Below are positions 37,859-48,669 of a stretch of DNA of 64,000 nt, one piece after another; the first letter of the stretch is position 1; every line of letters begins with the position of its first letter. The notes beneath the pieces were generated by a model that saw only the letters and a list, made by a program, of their open reading frames with translations, did no database searches and had not been told where the DNA came from. Source of the stretch: Clostridiales bacterium (GTDB lineage Bacteria > Bacillota > Dehalobacteriia > UBA7702); NCBI GenBank assembly GCA_040766525.1, contig JAXGQI010000004.1:9869-73868 (forward strand). The letters are read 5' to 3'. The translations under genes and the position numbers were made by a program.

Positions 37859-38958
37859 TTATTCCCCATCCTGCAATTGCGTCAATTTCACCGTGAAGGT
37901 TTTTTCCTGATTGCCGCGAACCACCGTTACTTCTACATTATCACCGATCTCCTGATCGAATACCATCTCCTGGAGATCATAAACATCCGTCACTTTCTCC
38001 CCGTTAAAGGCGATGATGATATCATATTCCTGAATCCCCGCCACTTCTGCCGGACCACCGTCTTGAGGAGAAACAAGAACACCGTAATCGACGCCCAAAT
38101 CATTGTATTCGGCAAATTCCGCATCCATCGTACGTAGGAGATAGAGGCCCAGAGCCGGGCGGGAAACTTCACCTTTGTCCATCAATTCCCGAATGATCTC
38201 ATCCACCAGATTAGAAGGAAGCGCAAAGCCCATACCCTCAAAACCGGTTTGGGAAATCTTAGCCGTATTGATCCCGATGACTTCCCCTTCCCCATTGACA
38301 AGAGCACCCCCGGAATTACCGGGATTGATCGCGGCATCGGTCTGAATCAACTTAAAACGCAGCCCTTCTTCCGTAATCAAAGGGCGATTCAAGCCGCTGA
38401 TGATACCGGAGGTCACCGACCCCGCAAAATCCAAGCCGCCGGGATTTCCGATCGCAATGGCTTGCTCGCCGACACGCAAGGCGTCGGAATCCCCCAAAGT
38501 AGCGACCGGCAGATTGGTACCGTTGATCTTTAAGAGCGCCAAATCCGTCCGCTTATCGGTACCGACGATATCCGCATCGAACTGGCGGCCATCAACCAAA
38601 CTGACCGTGAGTTTACTGGAGCCTTCCACCACATGGTTATTGGTTACAATATAGCCCCGTTCATCGATGATAACGCCGGAACCGGTCCCTGCTTCGACCT
38701 CCTCTACACCGCCGGACCAAGTGTATTGGAGGGCTACATTGCTCACGCCAACGACCGCTTTTCCCACTTCCTCAGCAATCCAGGTACTAACCGTAAGATC
38801 TTCCGTTGCCAAATCCTCCGGCTTTTCTTCCACAATCGGCGCCTGCTCCGTATCTCCTTGAAGCATGCCTTGGACCGTGATGGCAAAAAAGCCGCCCAAA
38901 CAGGCGGCGATCAGCATCAATAGAAGCAAATACCAAAATTTACTCCTCTTTTATTCAT
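37859..38958 (-). CDS. HtrA/DegP-family serine protease with PDZ domain; apparent frameshift in an A-run right after the start (about 38949-38952)
   Basis: ORF 37859..38929. Upstream ATG 38958 gives MNK, then shifts into RSKFWYLLLLMLIAAC (signal anchor). Catalytic TNNHVV, D, GNSGGAL motifs; C-terminal PDZ. Confidence 0.85.
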
Positions 38959-38971
38959 CTGCAGCACCCCA

Positions 38972-39751
38972 TTATTCCAAATTTATCCAATTTGATCTTT
39001 GGTATGCCGGAGCAATCTCGACAAGGATCTCATCTTTGACCCCTGCTTCCCCCAAAATAGCCTCTACCGTCTGTAATGCCAGTTCCGGGCGGTTATTCTC
39101 TTGGCTTAAATGTGCCAAAAGGATCCTCCGCGTAGCGTCGTTGATGATCTTCGTCAAGGCCGCTCCGGAATCACCGTTAGAGAGGTGGCCGTTTTTCCCC
39201 CCGATCCTTGCTTTCAAATAGGCCGGATAGGTCCCCTCTTTTAACATTTTGGGATCATGATTAGCCTCAAAAACCAGAGCGTCCGCTCCCGCAAGCGCCT
39301 TAATCATCCCTGGGGTAATACAGCCGGTATCGGTACAGAAACCAAGCTTCTTGCCCTTATAATAAAACAAAAACCCCAGGGGCTGCATCGCGTCATGCTG
39401 GGTCTTGAAAAAATCCAGTTCTAAATCGCCGATCTGCATACCATACTCATATATTACCTGGTTCTTGCTTTTTATATGTCCAAATCCGGAAAATTCTTGC
39501 CACAATTTTGGCGCGGCATAAATGGGAATATCATAGCGGCGAGACAAAGTGCCCGCTCCACGCACATGATCCCCATGTTCATGGGTAATCAAAATGCCAT
39601 TGATTTCCTCCGGGGAGGTGCCCAATTCTTTCAAAGCATTTTCTATATGACAAGCAGCAGTTCCGGCATCAATCAAAAGCTGGGTTTTTTCTGTCCGAAC
39701 CAAGCCGACATTACCTTTGCTGCTGCTAAAGAGGGAACAATAACCAAACAT
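38972..39751 (-). CDS. MBL-fold metallo-hydrolase (YycJ/WalJ-like)
   Basis: 259 aa; ITHEHGDHVRG motif. yycJ-htrA-rlmH order as in Bacillus. Confidence 0.85.
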   Translation of the reverse strand: MFGYCSLFSSSKGNVGLVRTEKTQLLIDAGTAACHIENALKELGTSPEEINGILITHEHGDHVRGAGTLSRRYDIPIYAAPKLWQEFSGFGHIKSKNQVIYEYGMQIGDLELDFFKTQHDAMQPLGFLFYYKGKKLGFCTDTGCITPGMIKALAGADALVFEANHDPKMLKEGTYPAYLKARIGGKNGHLSNGDSGAALTKIINDATRRILLAHLSQENNRPELALQTVEAILGEAGVKDEILVEIAPAYQRSNWINLE

Positions 39752-39752
39752 A

Positions 39753-41006
39753 TCAGTCTACCCTTTTGATCTCCGCACCGAGAGACCGCAGTTTTTCTTC
39801 CATGCGCAAATAGCCGCGGTCGATAACCGAAAGCCCATTGACTTCCGTAACGCCTTCCGCTGCCAAAGCCGCAGCCACAATTGCGGCGCCGGCCCTCAAG
39901 TCATGGGAATAGACTGTGGCGCCATAAAGCTTGTCTACACCGCGAACCACCGCTGTCTGCCCTTCAACCTTGATATTTGCTCCCATGCGGATCAATTCGT
40001 TTGCCGCCTGCATCCGATTTTCAAAGAGATTTTCCACAACGATACTGGTCCCTTTGGCCAAAGTCAGCATGCTCATCATCGGTGGTTGCATATCCGTAGG
40101 AAAACCGGGATGTGCTAGCGTCTTGATATCGACAGCTTTTAGCTGTGCCGGGCCTTGCACATGCATACAGCCGTTGGTCACGCTGATTTGCACGCCGGCT
40201 TCTTTCATTTTGGCGATCACAGGCTTTAAATGGGTAGGAATCACATTGTTCATGCAGATCTTTCCCCGATTCAAGGCCGCTATTGCCATAAATGTCCCTG
40301 CTTCGATACGGTCGGGAATGATCGAATGCCGGGGCCCCGTCAAAGAGAAAACCCCTTCAATTTTAATAATATCGGTCCCGGCGCCACGGATCTTAGCTCC
40401 GGCATTATTCAAAAAAGTTGCCAAATCGACGATCTCCGGCTCTTTGGCCACGTTCTCAATGATCGTCTGCCCCTCGGCGACAGAAGCCGCCATCATAATA
40501 TTTTCCGTTGCGCCCACACTGGGAAAATCCAGATAGATCAAATGCCCTTCCAGCTTTTTCGCTGCCGCTTTGATATACCCTTCCTCTGTTTCGATATCCG
40601 CTCCCAATTGGCTCAACCCTTTGACATGAAGATCCATGGGTCTTGACCCTAAATCACAGCCGCCGGGAAGAGAAACTTCCGCTTTGCCGCAACGGCCCAA
40701 AAGAGAACCTAAAAGCAGATTTGAAGCCCGCAAACTGCGCACCTGTGCATAGCGGGCCACATAATCAATTTCATCGGGTACTTTGATCGAAAGCATATCC
40801 TCTTCCAGCCAATGAACCTCCACCCCTAAATTACTGATAATATCCAAAAGGATCAATACATCGCTGATCCGCGGTACATTCTCCAGAATGGTTTCCCCAC
40901 TAAACAAAATAGAAGCGGCAATGATGGCAACGGCAGAATTCTTAGCGCCATGGATCTTTACCTCTCCCTCCAGTGGGCGACCCCCTTCAATTAACAACTT
41001 GGACAA
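39753..41006 (-). CDS. murA: UDP-N-acetylglucosamine 1-carboxyvinyltransferase
   Basis: 417 aa; MSKLLIEGGRPLEGEVKIHGAKNSAVAII, active-site region GGCDLGSRPMDLH. Confidence 0.95.
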   Translation of the reverse strand: MSKLLIEGGRPLEGEVKIHGAKNSAVAIIAASILFSGETILENVPRISDVLILLDIISNLGVEVHWLEEDMLSIKVPDEIDYVARYAQVRSLRASNLLLGSLLGRCGKAEVSLPGGCDLGSRPMDLHVKGLSQLGADIETEEGYIKAAAKKLEGHLIYLDFPSVGATENIMMAASVAEGQTIIENVAKEPEIVDLATFLNNAGAKIRGAGTDIIKIEGVFSLTGPRHSIIPDRIEAGTFMAIAALNRGKICMNNVIPTHLKPVIAKMKEAGVQISVTNGCMHVQGPAQLKAVDIKTLAHPGFPTDMQPPMMSMLTLAKGTSIVVENLFENRMQAANELIRMGANIKVEGQTAVVRGVDKLYGATVYSHDLRAGAAIVAAALAAEGVTEVNGLSVIDRGYLRMEEKLRSLGAEIKRVD

Positions 41007-41125
41007 AGGATTGTCCTCCTTTTTACTCTCACTTTATTTCTATCGTAAAAAAACTACGGACTTTTCACTACATTATATTATTATAACAGATTTTTTAAAA
41101 AAATGAAGGGGAAAATTATTTTTCC

Positions 41126-41861
41126 TCAAGATGGGTCGAGATGCTCTTGATCCATGGTATCCAGAAACTTATAATAGGCAATGATGCCGCGGTAGATGCC
41201 GTAAGCCACTTTATCTTGATAGTCATCATCCTGCAATAACGCTTCTTCCTCCGGGTTGGAGAGAACCCGCTTCCACCACCACCGAAGGCATCGCTAAAGT
41301 CCGCAAAATGTAAATCTCATTATGGGATAAGGCCTTGCGATCGCTGTTTTTCAAAGTGTCGTAAAGACCTTGCTGCACCGATTGGGCCAGTTTTTCCCCT
41401 AAAACAGACCCGGGATAATAAAAGACTTGCGCGCCATGCCATTTTTCCTCCCGCAAGGCATTACATTGGAGGCTCAGGAAAATATCCGCCTTTCCTTCAG
41501 TAACAATTTCGGCGCGGGCATTCAAATCCTCTCTTTTGACTTTGCTGTAGCAATCATCGGTCTCTCTCGTCATGATGACCGAAGCGCCGGCTTCCTCCAA
41601 CAGCGCCGACACCTTCTTAGCCAATTGGAGATTGATCTCTTTCTCTTGGGATCCGCTATAGCCAATGGCGCCGGGATCCACCCCTCCATGGCCGGCGTCG
41701 ATGGCAATAATCTTCCCTTTGATATAACCGGCATCTTTATCCAGCTGTTTTTTCTCCGCCCAAGCGGTTACGGGATGAATGGAGATCAACGCAACGACAA
41801 GCAGGATAAAAAACACAAGATAAACGCTTTTGACCCGGCAAAACAGTATCGGCTTCTTCAT
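41126..41861 (-). CDS. cwlD: Germination-specific N-acetylmuramoyl-L-alanine amidase (CwlD-like); apparent frameshift near 41262-41266
   Basis: ORF 41226..41942 trimmed to ATG 41861 (MKKPILF..., signal anchor). IAIDAGHGGVDPGA amidase_3 motif. After PSVVVEAG the frame shifts to LSNPEEEALLQDDDYQDKVAYGIYRGIIAYYKF, stop at 41126-41128. Confidence 0.8.
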
Positions 41862-42229
41862 AGTTGCTTCCTTTCGGCTTTTTTGAAATTTTATGCCGCA
41901 GAAACCGGAAAATACCTGGCCGTCCAAAATTCCCCCGCTCAACGAAAATCCCCACTCCGCAAAGAAAAATTTTATCCATCCATGGTTACAAAAAAATTCT
42001 CTTGATACTGGCCTGCCCCAAAATTTGACTTTGCACCCATAAAAAAGGTAAGCAATTTGCTTACCCTCGAAATGGAGGCTTTTTAAAATAGCGAGACAAA
42101 TAGCATACTATAAATCTGTTTTAAAATGTTACTTGAACACTAAGGACTATCCCCCTTGCCCCATATAATGTGTATGTTGCACCTGCGTCTATTACACGTT
42201 CATACGACACGTTTTCAGGCATAAGTTGA

Positions 42230-42649
42230 TCATTCTTTCTCTAGTTTGCCTTTTCTCCCGAAGGATCTTACCAAGAGTAAACCACCACTGAATCCGGCTA
42301 AAACTTCCACCGACAACGGAGATTCTAGCAAATAAAAAATCAAATCAGGAAAAGGGACAGCGGAAAAAACTGTCATATACAAGACAGGCATAAAGGCAAG
42401 AATAAGAAGAAAAAGTGCAAAAATAAAATGAACGGGCTCAAAGACAAAGGATTTCCCCTTTTGCGCAAAAAAACAGAAGATATGGTCAAGGGAAAAAATT
42501 AAAGCCCCCAAAAATGAACTGAAAACAAGAAGGATGCTTACCGGTAAAGAAGAGTACAAGGATTTATAATAAATATTTAATTGATACATAAACAGAGAAA
42601 CGACAATGATATAAACAAAAAATGTGAGATGAAAGAAAAATCTTTTCAT
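42230..42649 (-). CDS. Hypothetical membrane protein (AT-rich gene)
   Basis: ORF 42230..42697 trimmed to ATG 42649. Four hydrophobic segments; no recognisable family. Confidence 0.55.
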   Translation of the reverse strand: MKRFFFHLTFFVYIIVVSLFMYQLNIYYKSLYSSLPVSILLVFSSFLGALIFSLDHIFCFFAQKGKSFVFEPVHFIFALFLLILAFMPVLYMTVFSAVPFPDLIFYLLESPLSVEVLAGFSGGLLLVRSFGRKGKLEKE

Positions 42650-42891
42650 GGTATAAACAGCACCTCCCTGACGATTTAGGAATGATATTAAAAACAATAT
42701 TAAGTTTCATTTCAAGAGTCATTCTCTTGTACTTCTATTCGTAAAACCACTTTTTTAGAAATATATTCTATTTCTTAAATAATAACAAATAGATAAAAAA
42801 TGTCAATTTGTCATACCTCACAAACAATGAACCTGTATAGATAAAGTTTCAAAATAAATCAAATATATTGCAGCTTTTGCAATCGCCTGAG

Positions 42892-43011
42892 ACTGTCAAG
42901 AAAGGGTTTAGAGCAAGGCGCAGAAAAACCGCAGGACGCGACGTGTACAATGACGTACATAAGCGGTCTGCGGTTTTGCTGGAACATAGCACTAAGCACT
43001 TTATTGACAGT
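42892..43011 (+). repeat. Structured repeat / candidate ncRNA, copy 3 (divergent, compensatory stems)
   Basis: ACTGTCAAGAAAGGGTTTAGAGCAAGG... then AAAACCGCAG-GACGCG-[TGTAC aatgac GTACA]-TAAGCGGTC-TGCGGTTTT ...TTGACAGT. It has the same conserved GGACGCG / AAGCGGTC junctions as copies 1 and 2 but different, still complementary, stems. Confidence 0.55.
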
Positions 43012-43016
43012 TTCAA

Positions 43017-43045
43017 AAGCCCGCCATAGGCGGGCTTCGTTTTGA
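43017..43045. terminator. Bidirectional rho-independent terminator (ends rplM-rpsI on the minus strand; also directly follows repeat copy 3 on the plus strand)
   Basis: AAGCCCGCC-ata-GGCGGGCTT with T-runs on both strands. Confidence 0.8.
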
Positions 43046-43053
43046 ATTCTCTT

Positions 43054-43446
43054 TTAACGCTTGGAGAACTGGCTTGCTTTACGGGCTTTTTTCAGACCGT
43101 ATTTACGCCGTTCTTTCATTCTCGGATCTCTTGTCACAAAACCTGCCGCTTTCAAAGCAGGCCGTAATTCAGGATCAGCTTCAACCAAAGCACGAGCAAG
43201 ACCTAAGCGGAATGCGCCGGCTTGACCGGAAGTACCGCCGCCTTTAACTCTCGCCATGATATCAAAACGAGCAGTGGCGTCCGTCAATTCCAAAGGTTGT
43301 TTGACGACCATAACCAAAGTTTTCTTACCAAAATACTCGTTCAATGGCATTTTATTGACTTCGATATTGCCTTCACCCGGGGTGATCCATACTTTTGCGA
43401 TGGCATTTTTCCGTCTACCGGTGCCGTAAAATTTTACCTCGGCCAT
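43054..43446 (-). CDS. rpsI: 30S ribosomal protein S9
   Basis: 130 aa; ends ...[12 protein letters not shown]. Confidence 0.95.
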   Translation of the reverse strand: MAEVKFYGTGRRKNAIAKVWITPGEGNIEVNKMPLNEYFGKKTLVMVVKQPLELTDATARFDIMARVKGGGTSGQAGAFRLGLARALVEADPELRPALKAAGFVTRDPRMKERRKYGLKKARKASQFSKR

Positions 43447-43464
43447 TTCATAACCTCCCTTTGT

Positions 43465-43896
43465 TTAAAAAGTCCATACTTCTGGCTTTTGCGCCTGCTG
43501 AGTGTGTTCAGCACCTTTGTAAATGCGCACTTTTTTCATCAATTGCCGTCCCAAACGATTATGGGGGATCATGCCTTTGATGGCTGTTTCCATAGCCAGT
43601 TCCGGTCTGGTTTCCATCAATTTGCTATAGGGCATGGACTTTAAACCGCCGGGATAACCCGAATGGCGGTGATACATTTTCTTGTTCAGCTTGTCACCGG
43701 TCAATACCGCTTTCTCCGCATTGATGACGATGACATAATCGCCGGTATCTAAATGAGGTGTAAAAATCGGTTTATGTTTTCCGCGCAGTAATCTTGCGGC
43801 CTCGGTTGCTACACGACCCAGGCTTTTCCCTTCCGCATCCAACACATACCACTTCTTTTCCACTTCACTTGGTTTGGCCATATAAGTGGTTTGCAT
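43465..43896 (-). CDS. rplM: 50S ribosomal protein L13
   Basis: ORF 43465..43923 trimmed to ATG 43896 behind AAGGAGGG; [28 protein letters not shown]. Confidence 0.95.
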   Translation of the reverse strand: MQTTYMAKPSEVEKKWYVLDAEGKSLGRVATEAARLLRGKHKPIFTPHLDTGDYVIVINAEKAVLTGDKLNKKMYHRHSGYPGGLKSMPYSKLMETRPELAMETAIKGMIPHNRLGRQLMKKVRIYKGAEHTQQAQKPEVWTF

Positions 43897-43995
43897 TACT
43901 TTCCCTCCTTGAGAGTAGCTCACATTTCAATTTTCCGTAGCTTCGGCGCCTATACAATAACGGGGCTGAAATCGCATAATTGCCGATACTAAAAC

Positions 43996-44024
43996 AGTAT
44001 AGCGTAATTGACATTCTTTGTCAA
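43996..44024 (-). promoter_or_regulatory. Sigma-A promoter for rplM-rpsI (about 100-nt leader follows)
   Basis: Minus strand: TTGACA, 17 nt, TATACT, overlapping the truA 3' end. The leader could be an L13-type autoregulatory leader, which I have not verified. Confidence 0.5.
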
Positions 44025-44773
44025 TCAAAAGGATACATTTTATAATAAATTTTCATCAAACAAAGCCCTTGGGGCGGCGCTGTGACCCCCAATTTGTCCC
44101 GCTCGCCGCTGAGGAGAACTTCTTTCCCCAAGTCTGGGCTAAGATATCCCCGCCCGACATCGACGAGATAGCCCACAAGGCTCCGCACCATTTTATACAA
44201 AAACCCATTGCCCCAAAAATCCAATTGCAGGCCGCCTTCTATGGCGGAAATTTGGATCGCATCCAAACGGCGGACAAAATTCTTGCGGCCGCTGTGGCTT
44301 GCACAAAAGGCCCGAAAATCGTGTTCGCCGATGAGGGCGCTCGCGGCCTCTTCCATCCGTGCCAAATCCAAGACTCTGGGATAATGCCAAGCATAGAGAT
44401 AGGTGAAGGGATCCGTTAACGGCGCCGTCCTAACGGTATAGCGATAATGTTTCCCAATCGGCGCATAACGGCAATGGAAATCCGGGGCCACCTCTTCCCC
44501 TTGGAGAACACGAATATCCGGGGGCAAGATCCCCTGCACTGCCAAGGGAATTTGTTCCGGTAGAATGCGCCCCATTAAATCAAAGGTCGCAACTTGCCCT
44601 AAGGCATGAACACCGGCATCTGTACGGCTGGCGCCGGCAACCTGTACCGGATGCCCCGCCACCTTGGTCAGCGCCCGATCGAGTTCCGCAGCGATGGTAT
44701 TGCCGTTCTCCTGTATTTGAAAACCGCTATATCGGCTACCGTCATAGGCAACCGTCAATTTGATTCTTCTCAT
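44021..44773 (-). CDS. truA: tRNA pseudouridine(38-40) synthase
   Basis: ATG 44773 overlaps the ecfT stop (ATGA). MRRIKLTVAYDGSRYSGFQIQ, catalytic RTDAGVHA. Confidence 0.9.
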   Translation of the reverse strand: MRRIKLTVAYDGSRYSGFQIQENGNTIAAELDRALTKVAGHPVQVAGASRTDAGVHALGQVATFDLMGRILPEQIPLAVQGILPPDIRVLQGEEVAPDFHCRYAPIGKHYRYTVRTAPLTDPFTYLYAWHYPRVLDLARMEEAASALIGEHDFRAFCASHSGRKNFVRRLDAIQISAIEGGLQLDFWGNGFLYKMVRSLVGYLVDVGRGYLSPDLGKEVLLSGERDKLGVTAPPQGLCLMKIYYKMYPFD

Positions 44774-45570
44774 ATCCACCACCGATACAGTATCAAAGCG
44801 ACTGTAATCAAGATCATGAAGGCCAAAGTAACGATATCCCTGCCCTCCATTTTCAGCACCTTTAATTTTACGCGGCCTTTTCCACCCCGGTAGGCGCGTG
44901 CTTCCATCGCATAGGCCAATTCATCGGCGCGACGAAATGCTCCGGTAAAAAGAGGCACCAGAAAGGGAATCGCAGCCTTGGCCATTTCCTTGATCGGGCC
45001 GCGGCCTAAAACGATCCCCCGGGACATTTGCGCTTTGCGGATCTTCTCCGCTTCCTCCAGTAAGGTCGGGATGAAACGCAAGGCGATCGACATCATCATC
45101 GCCAATTCATGGCCCGGGAACCCCAAGGCCGAAACGGGACGAAGCATATTTTCCAAAGCGTCCGTCAATGCCATGGGCGTCGTCGTAAAAGTCAAAAGGG
45201 AAGCCATGCCGATCAATAAGATCAGCCGCAACGCCATAAAGGCCGCTCCCAATAACCCTTCTTTTGTTAGGGAAAGGACGCCCCATTCCCAGAGGACCTC
45301 GCCGGGGGTAAAGAAAATATTGAAGAAGGCGGCAAAAAGTATAAAAAAGAATAAAATCCGTAAAGAACGAAAAAATACCGCCAACGAAACACGAGAAAAC
45401 AGCAAAGCCCCAAGTGCCACCAGCACGAGAATGCCATAGGCCCAAAAATCCTTGGCGATAAATAACGCCGCCATATAGATAAAAAGCGCCGTAATCTTGG
45501 TTCTGGGGTCCAAGCGATGCAAAAGAGAATTTCCCGGATAATATTGGCCGACAGCAATATGATTGATCAT
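44770..45570 (-). CDS. ecfT: Energy-coupling factor transporter transmembrane subunit
   Basis: ORF 44770..45588 trimmed to ATG 45570. YYPGNSLLHRLDPRTKI, polytopic, follows two ECF ATPases. Confidence 0.9.
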   Translation of the reverse strand: MINHIAVGQYYPGNSLLHRLDPRTKITALFIYMAALFIAKDFWAYGILVLVALGALLFSRVSLAVFFRSLRILFFFILFAAFFNIFFTPGEVLWEWGVLSLTKEGLLGAAFMALRLILLIGMASLLTFTTTPMALTDALENMLRPVSALGFPGHELAMMMSIALRFIPTLLEEAEKIRKAQMSRGIVLGRGPIKEMAKAAIPFLVPLFTGAFRRADELAYAMEARAYRGGKGRVKLKVLKMEGRDIVTLAFMILITVALILYRWWI

Positions 45571-46418
45571 GATGCTCCCTCCAGCCATTCCAGTAAAGCA
45601 TGAAGCACTTCCTCATCATTGATCAAAGGAAAGGCGACCGCTTCCCCCTCTTCCCAAAGTTTCGCAGCGACGCGAATAGGAGCAGGGAGACAGATCCCGT
45701 AGGATTCCAATTCCCGGTAGCGTCCGAAAATCTCCCGCACGGAACCGTCCATCACGATTTCCCCCGCTGCCATCACGATTAAGCGCTGCGCAAGGCGGGC
45801 AATTTCCTCAAGATCATGGCCGATCCAAATCACCGTTTTCTGCTTTTCCCGCTGCAAGCGGGAGATCAAATCCCCGATCTCCCGGCGACCCTGCGGATCC
45901 AAGCCTACCGTAGGTTCATCCAAAACTAAGATCGGCGTGTCCATCGCCAATACCGCGGCTAAAGCGAGACGGCGCTGTTCTCCACCGGATAAAGTAAAGG
46001 GGGACGCCGCCTCTAAAGAAGTAAGCCCCATTCGTTCCAGGTTCTCTGCCACCAAAGCGTTGATCTGCTCTTCACGATAGCCAAGATTGCGAGGACCCGT
46101 CGCAACTTCTTCCCAAACCGTGTCGGCAAAAAGCTGATGCTCCGGATATTGGAAGCTCATTCCCACCTGACCAACGACCGCCAGTAACTTCGTCTTTCGA
46201 TCCGTTACGGTAAGACCATTTACGGTGATCCTGCCCTCACTGGGTTTTAGAATGCCGTTCAAATGCTGCCCCAGCGTCGATTTGCCGGAACCGGTATGCC
46301 CGATAATGGCAACAAATTCCCCTGCCGCGATGGAAAGATCAATATGACGCAGCGCTTCTCTCTCATAAGGAGTGCCTTTTTGATAAATGAAACTCAAATC
46401 CTTTATTTCGATCGACAT
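45567..46418 (-). CDS. ecfA2: ECF transporter ATPase subunit A2
   Basis: 283 aa; GHTGSGKSTL, LSGGEQRRLALA, LVLDEPT. Confidence 0.9.
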   Translation of the reverse strand: MSIEIKDLSFIYQKGTPYEREALRHIDLSIAAGEFVAIIGHTGSGKSTLGQHLNGILKPSEGRITVNGLTVTDRKTKLLAVVGQVGMSFQYPEHQLFADTVWEEVATGPRNLGYREEQINALVAENLERMGLTSLEAASPFTLSGGEQRRLALAAVLAMDTPILVLDEPTVGLDPQGRREIGDLISRLQREKQKTVIWIGHDLEEIARLAQRLIVMAAGEIVMDGSVREIFGRYRELESYGICLPAPIRVAAKLWEEGEAVAFPLINDEEVLHALLEWLEGAS

Positions 46419-47239
46419 AATGCGTTCACCATTTCCTCCACCGTTAAGGGCAATGTGGCATCCAAATAGCCCCGCTTTTTTAAAGCGTGGCCTAATTTGA
46501 TGATCGGGGGTAAGCCGATCCCCAAAGCTTCCAGCGCTTCCCCGTGAGCAAGGACATCCCCGGTATTCCCCTGCAATGCCACTTTCCCCTGGGAGAGAAC
46601 AAGGATCTCATCCCCCAAAAGCGCCTCCTCGATAAAATGGCTGATATTGATGATCCCGATCCCCCGCTCCCGGTGCAAATCGGCCACGGCGGCCAGGATC
46701 TCTTCTCGACTAATGGGGTCCAACATCGAAGTAGCTTCATCCATGATCAGATATCTCGGTTCCATAGCCAACGCTCCGGCGATCGCTACCTTTTGCTTTT
46801 GACCGCCGGAAAGAAGGTGCGGCTCATGCTCCCGATAACCTTCCATCCCGACAACCCGCAATACATTGGCAACACGGCGATAAATTTCCTCTCTTGGCAA
46901 ACCAAGATTTTCCGGGCCAAAGGCCACATCTTCTTCGATCGTAGTGGCGACCAGCTGATTTTCCGGATTCTGAAAGATGTATGCCACCCGCCGCCGCACT
47001 TCCCAAACCGCATCCGGGTCCGACGGATCATACCCGTCTACATCGATGCACCCTTTTTGGGGCTGAAGTAAACCGTTCAAAAGCATGGCAAGGGTTGTCT
47101 TCCCGGAGCCATTGGCTCCCAAGACCGTCAACCACTTCCCATCATGAATCGCAAGATCAATTCCGGACAAGGCGGCATGCTCCCGCCCATCCTGCAAATA
47201 ATCATAAGACACTCCCGCAAGACGGATCACTTCATTCAC
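46403..47239 (-). CDS. ecfA1: ECF transporter ATPase subunit A1
   Basis: 278 aa; GANGSGKTTL, LSGGQKQKVAIA, LIMDEAT. Confidence 0.9.
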   Translation of the reverse strand: MNEVIRLAGVSYDYLQDGREHAALSGIDLAIHDGKWLTVLGANGSGKTTLAMLLNGLLQPQKGCIDVDGYDPSDPDAVWEVRRRVAYIFQNPENQLVATTIEEDVAFGPENLGLPREEIYRRVANVLRVVGMEGYREHEPHLLSGGQKQKVAIAGALAMEPRYLIMDEATSMLDPISREEILAAVADLHRERGIGIINISHFIEEALLGDEILVLSQGKVALQGNTGDVLAHGEALEALGIGLPPIIKLGHALKKRGYLDATLPLTVEEMVNALCRSK

Positions 47240-47311
47240 CTCAACATTAAAAGAAACTATAAGGAAAGCCAGGAATCTCTCCCTGGCCTTTGCCCTAAAA
47301 TAATCTAACCC

Positions 47312-47656
47312 TTATACCAATTCCACTTTTACCATCTGAGCTGCGTCACCACGGCGTTGATCCAATTTGATCACCCGCACATAACCGCCGGCTCTTTCCT
47401 GATAGCGGGGGGCTAAGGTCGTAAACAGTTTCGTAACTACATCTTCACTCATGAGATATGCTAATGCCTGCCGTCTCGCATGAAGATCTCCTCTTTTGCC
47501 GAGAGTAATCATTTTCTCAGCAATGCTTTTCAGCTCGGCCGCTTTGGGCTCGGTCGTTACGATACTTTCTTTATCCAATAGAGAGGTCGTAATATTCCGC
47601 AACATCGCCCGGCGATGGCTGCTGTTCCTCCTCAGTCTACCGTATGCCAATGCCAT
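47312..47656 (-). CDS. rplQ: 50S ribosomal protein L17
   Basis: 114 aa; [16 protein letters not shown]. Confidence 0.95.
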   Translation of the reverse strand: MALAYGRLRRNSSHRRAMLRNITTSLLDKESIVTTEPKAAELKSIAEKMITLGKRGDLHARRQALAYLMSEDVVTKLFTTLAPRYQERAGGYVRVIKLDQRRGDAAQMVKVELV

Positions 47657-47670
47657 AACCTCCTTACAGT

Positions 47671-48621
47671 TTAATCCTCTGACTTCTTCAGGTAGAGACC
47701 CAATTCATCCAGCTTTTCCATCACTTCTTCCAGTGATTTCCTGCCCAAGTTCCGCACTTTCATCATATCTTCTTCGGTACGCTGGATCAGTTCCTGTACC
47801 GTATTGATGCCGGCTCTCTTGAGGCAGTTATAGGAACGAACAGACATATCCAACTCTTCAATGGTCATATCCATCAATTTGTCTTTATTGTCTTCTTCCG
47901 TCTCGGACATAATCACATCGTCGCCCGCTGTTTCCGTAAGACCAATGAAAAGCCTCAAGTATTCCGCAAGGATCTTGGCACTGGCGCCTACAGCTTCATC
48001 CGGAGCGATGCTGCCATCGGACCAAACATCCAATGTCAGCTTGTCAAAGTCGGTTTGCTGGCCAACACGGGTATCTTCCACATGAAATACTACTTTGCGA
48101 ATCGGGGAGAAAAAAGAATCGATGGGAATAACCCCAATGCTCTGATTCTCCTTCTTGTTCTTTTCCGCGCTATTGTACCCTCTACCCTTCTCAACGGAAA
48201 TCTCCATATTGAGCCGGCCAGAGGAATCTAATGTCGCTATATGATGCTCCGGATTTAGAATTTCCACTTCGGAACTGCATTTAATGTCACGCCCGGTTAT
48301 TTCACCTTCGCCTTCGGCTTCAATCGTCAAAAACCGTTCCTCATCAGTATGGAGTTTGACAGACAAGCCCTTCAAGTTCAGGATAATATCGGTCGTATCT
48401 TCAAAAACACCGGGAATCGTAGAGAACTCGTGAAGCACTCCTTCAATTTTCACGGAAGTCACTGCAGCACCGGGCAAAGAAGAAAGCAAAACGCGCCTTA
48501 AAGCATTGCCCAGGGTAATTCCATATCCTCTTTCTAATGGTTCAACAACAAAGCGGCCATATGTCTTGGTTTCATCCATATCTAAACATTGTATTTTGGG
48601 CTTTTCCATTCCTGACAGCAT
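47671..48621 (-). CDS. rpoA: DNA-directed RNA polymerase alpha subunit
   Basis: 316 aa behind AAGGAGG; [28 protein letters not shown]. Confidence 0.95.
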   Translation of the reverse strand: MLSGMEKPKIQCLDMDETKTYGRFVVEPLERGYGITLGNALRRVLLSSLPGAAVTSVKIEGVLHEFSTIPGVFEDTTDIILNLKGLSVKLHTDEERFLTIEAEGEGEITGRDIKCSSEVEILNPEHHIATLDSSGRLNMEISVEKGRGYNSAEKNKKENQSIGVIPIDSFFSPIRKVVFHVEDTRVGQQTDFDKLTLDVWSDGSIAPDEAVGASAKILAEYLRLFIGLTETAGDDVIMSETEEDNKDKLMDMTIEELDMSVRSYNCLKRAGINTVQELIQRTEEDMMKVRNLGRKSLEEVMEKLDELGLYLKKSED

Positions 48622-48669
48622 ATATCTGGCCTCCTTATATATCGATGTCGTAAGAATATCCCAATCCCA

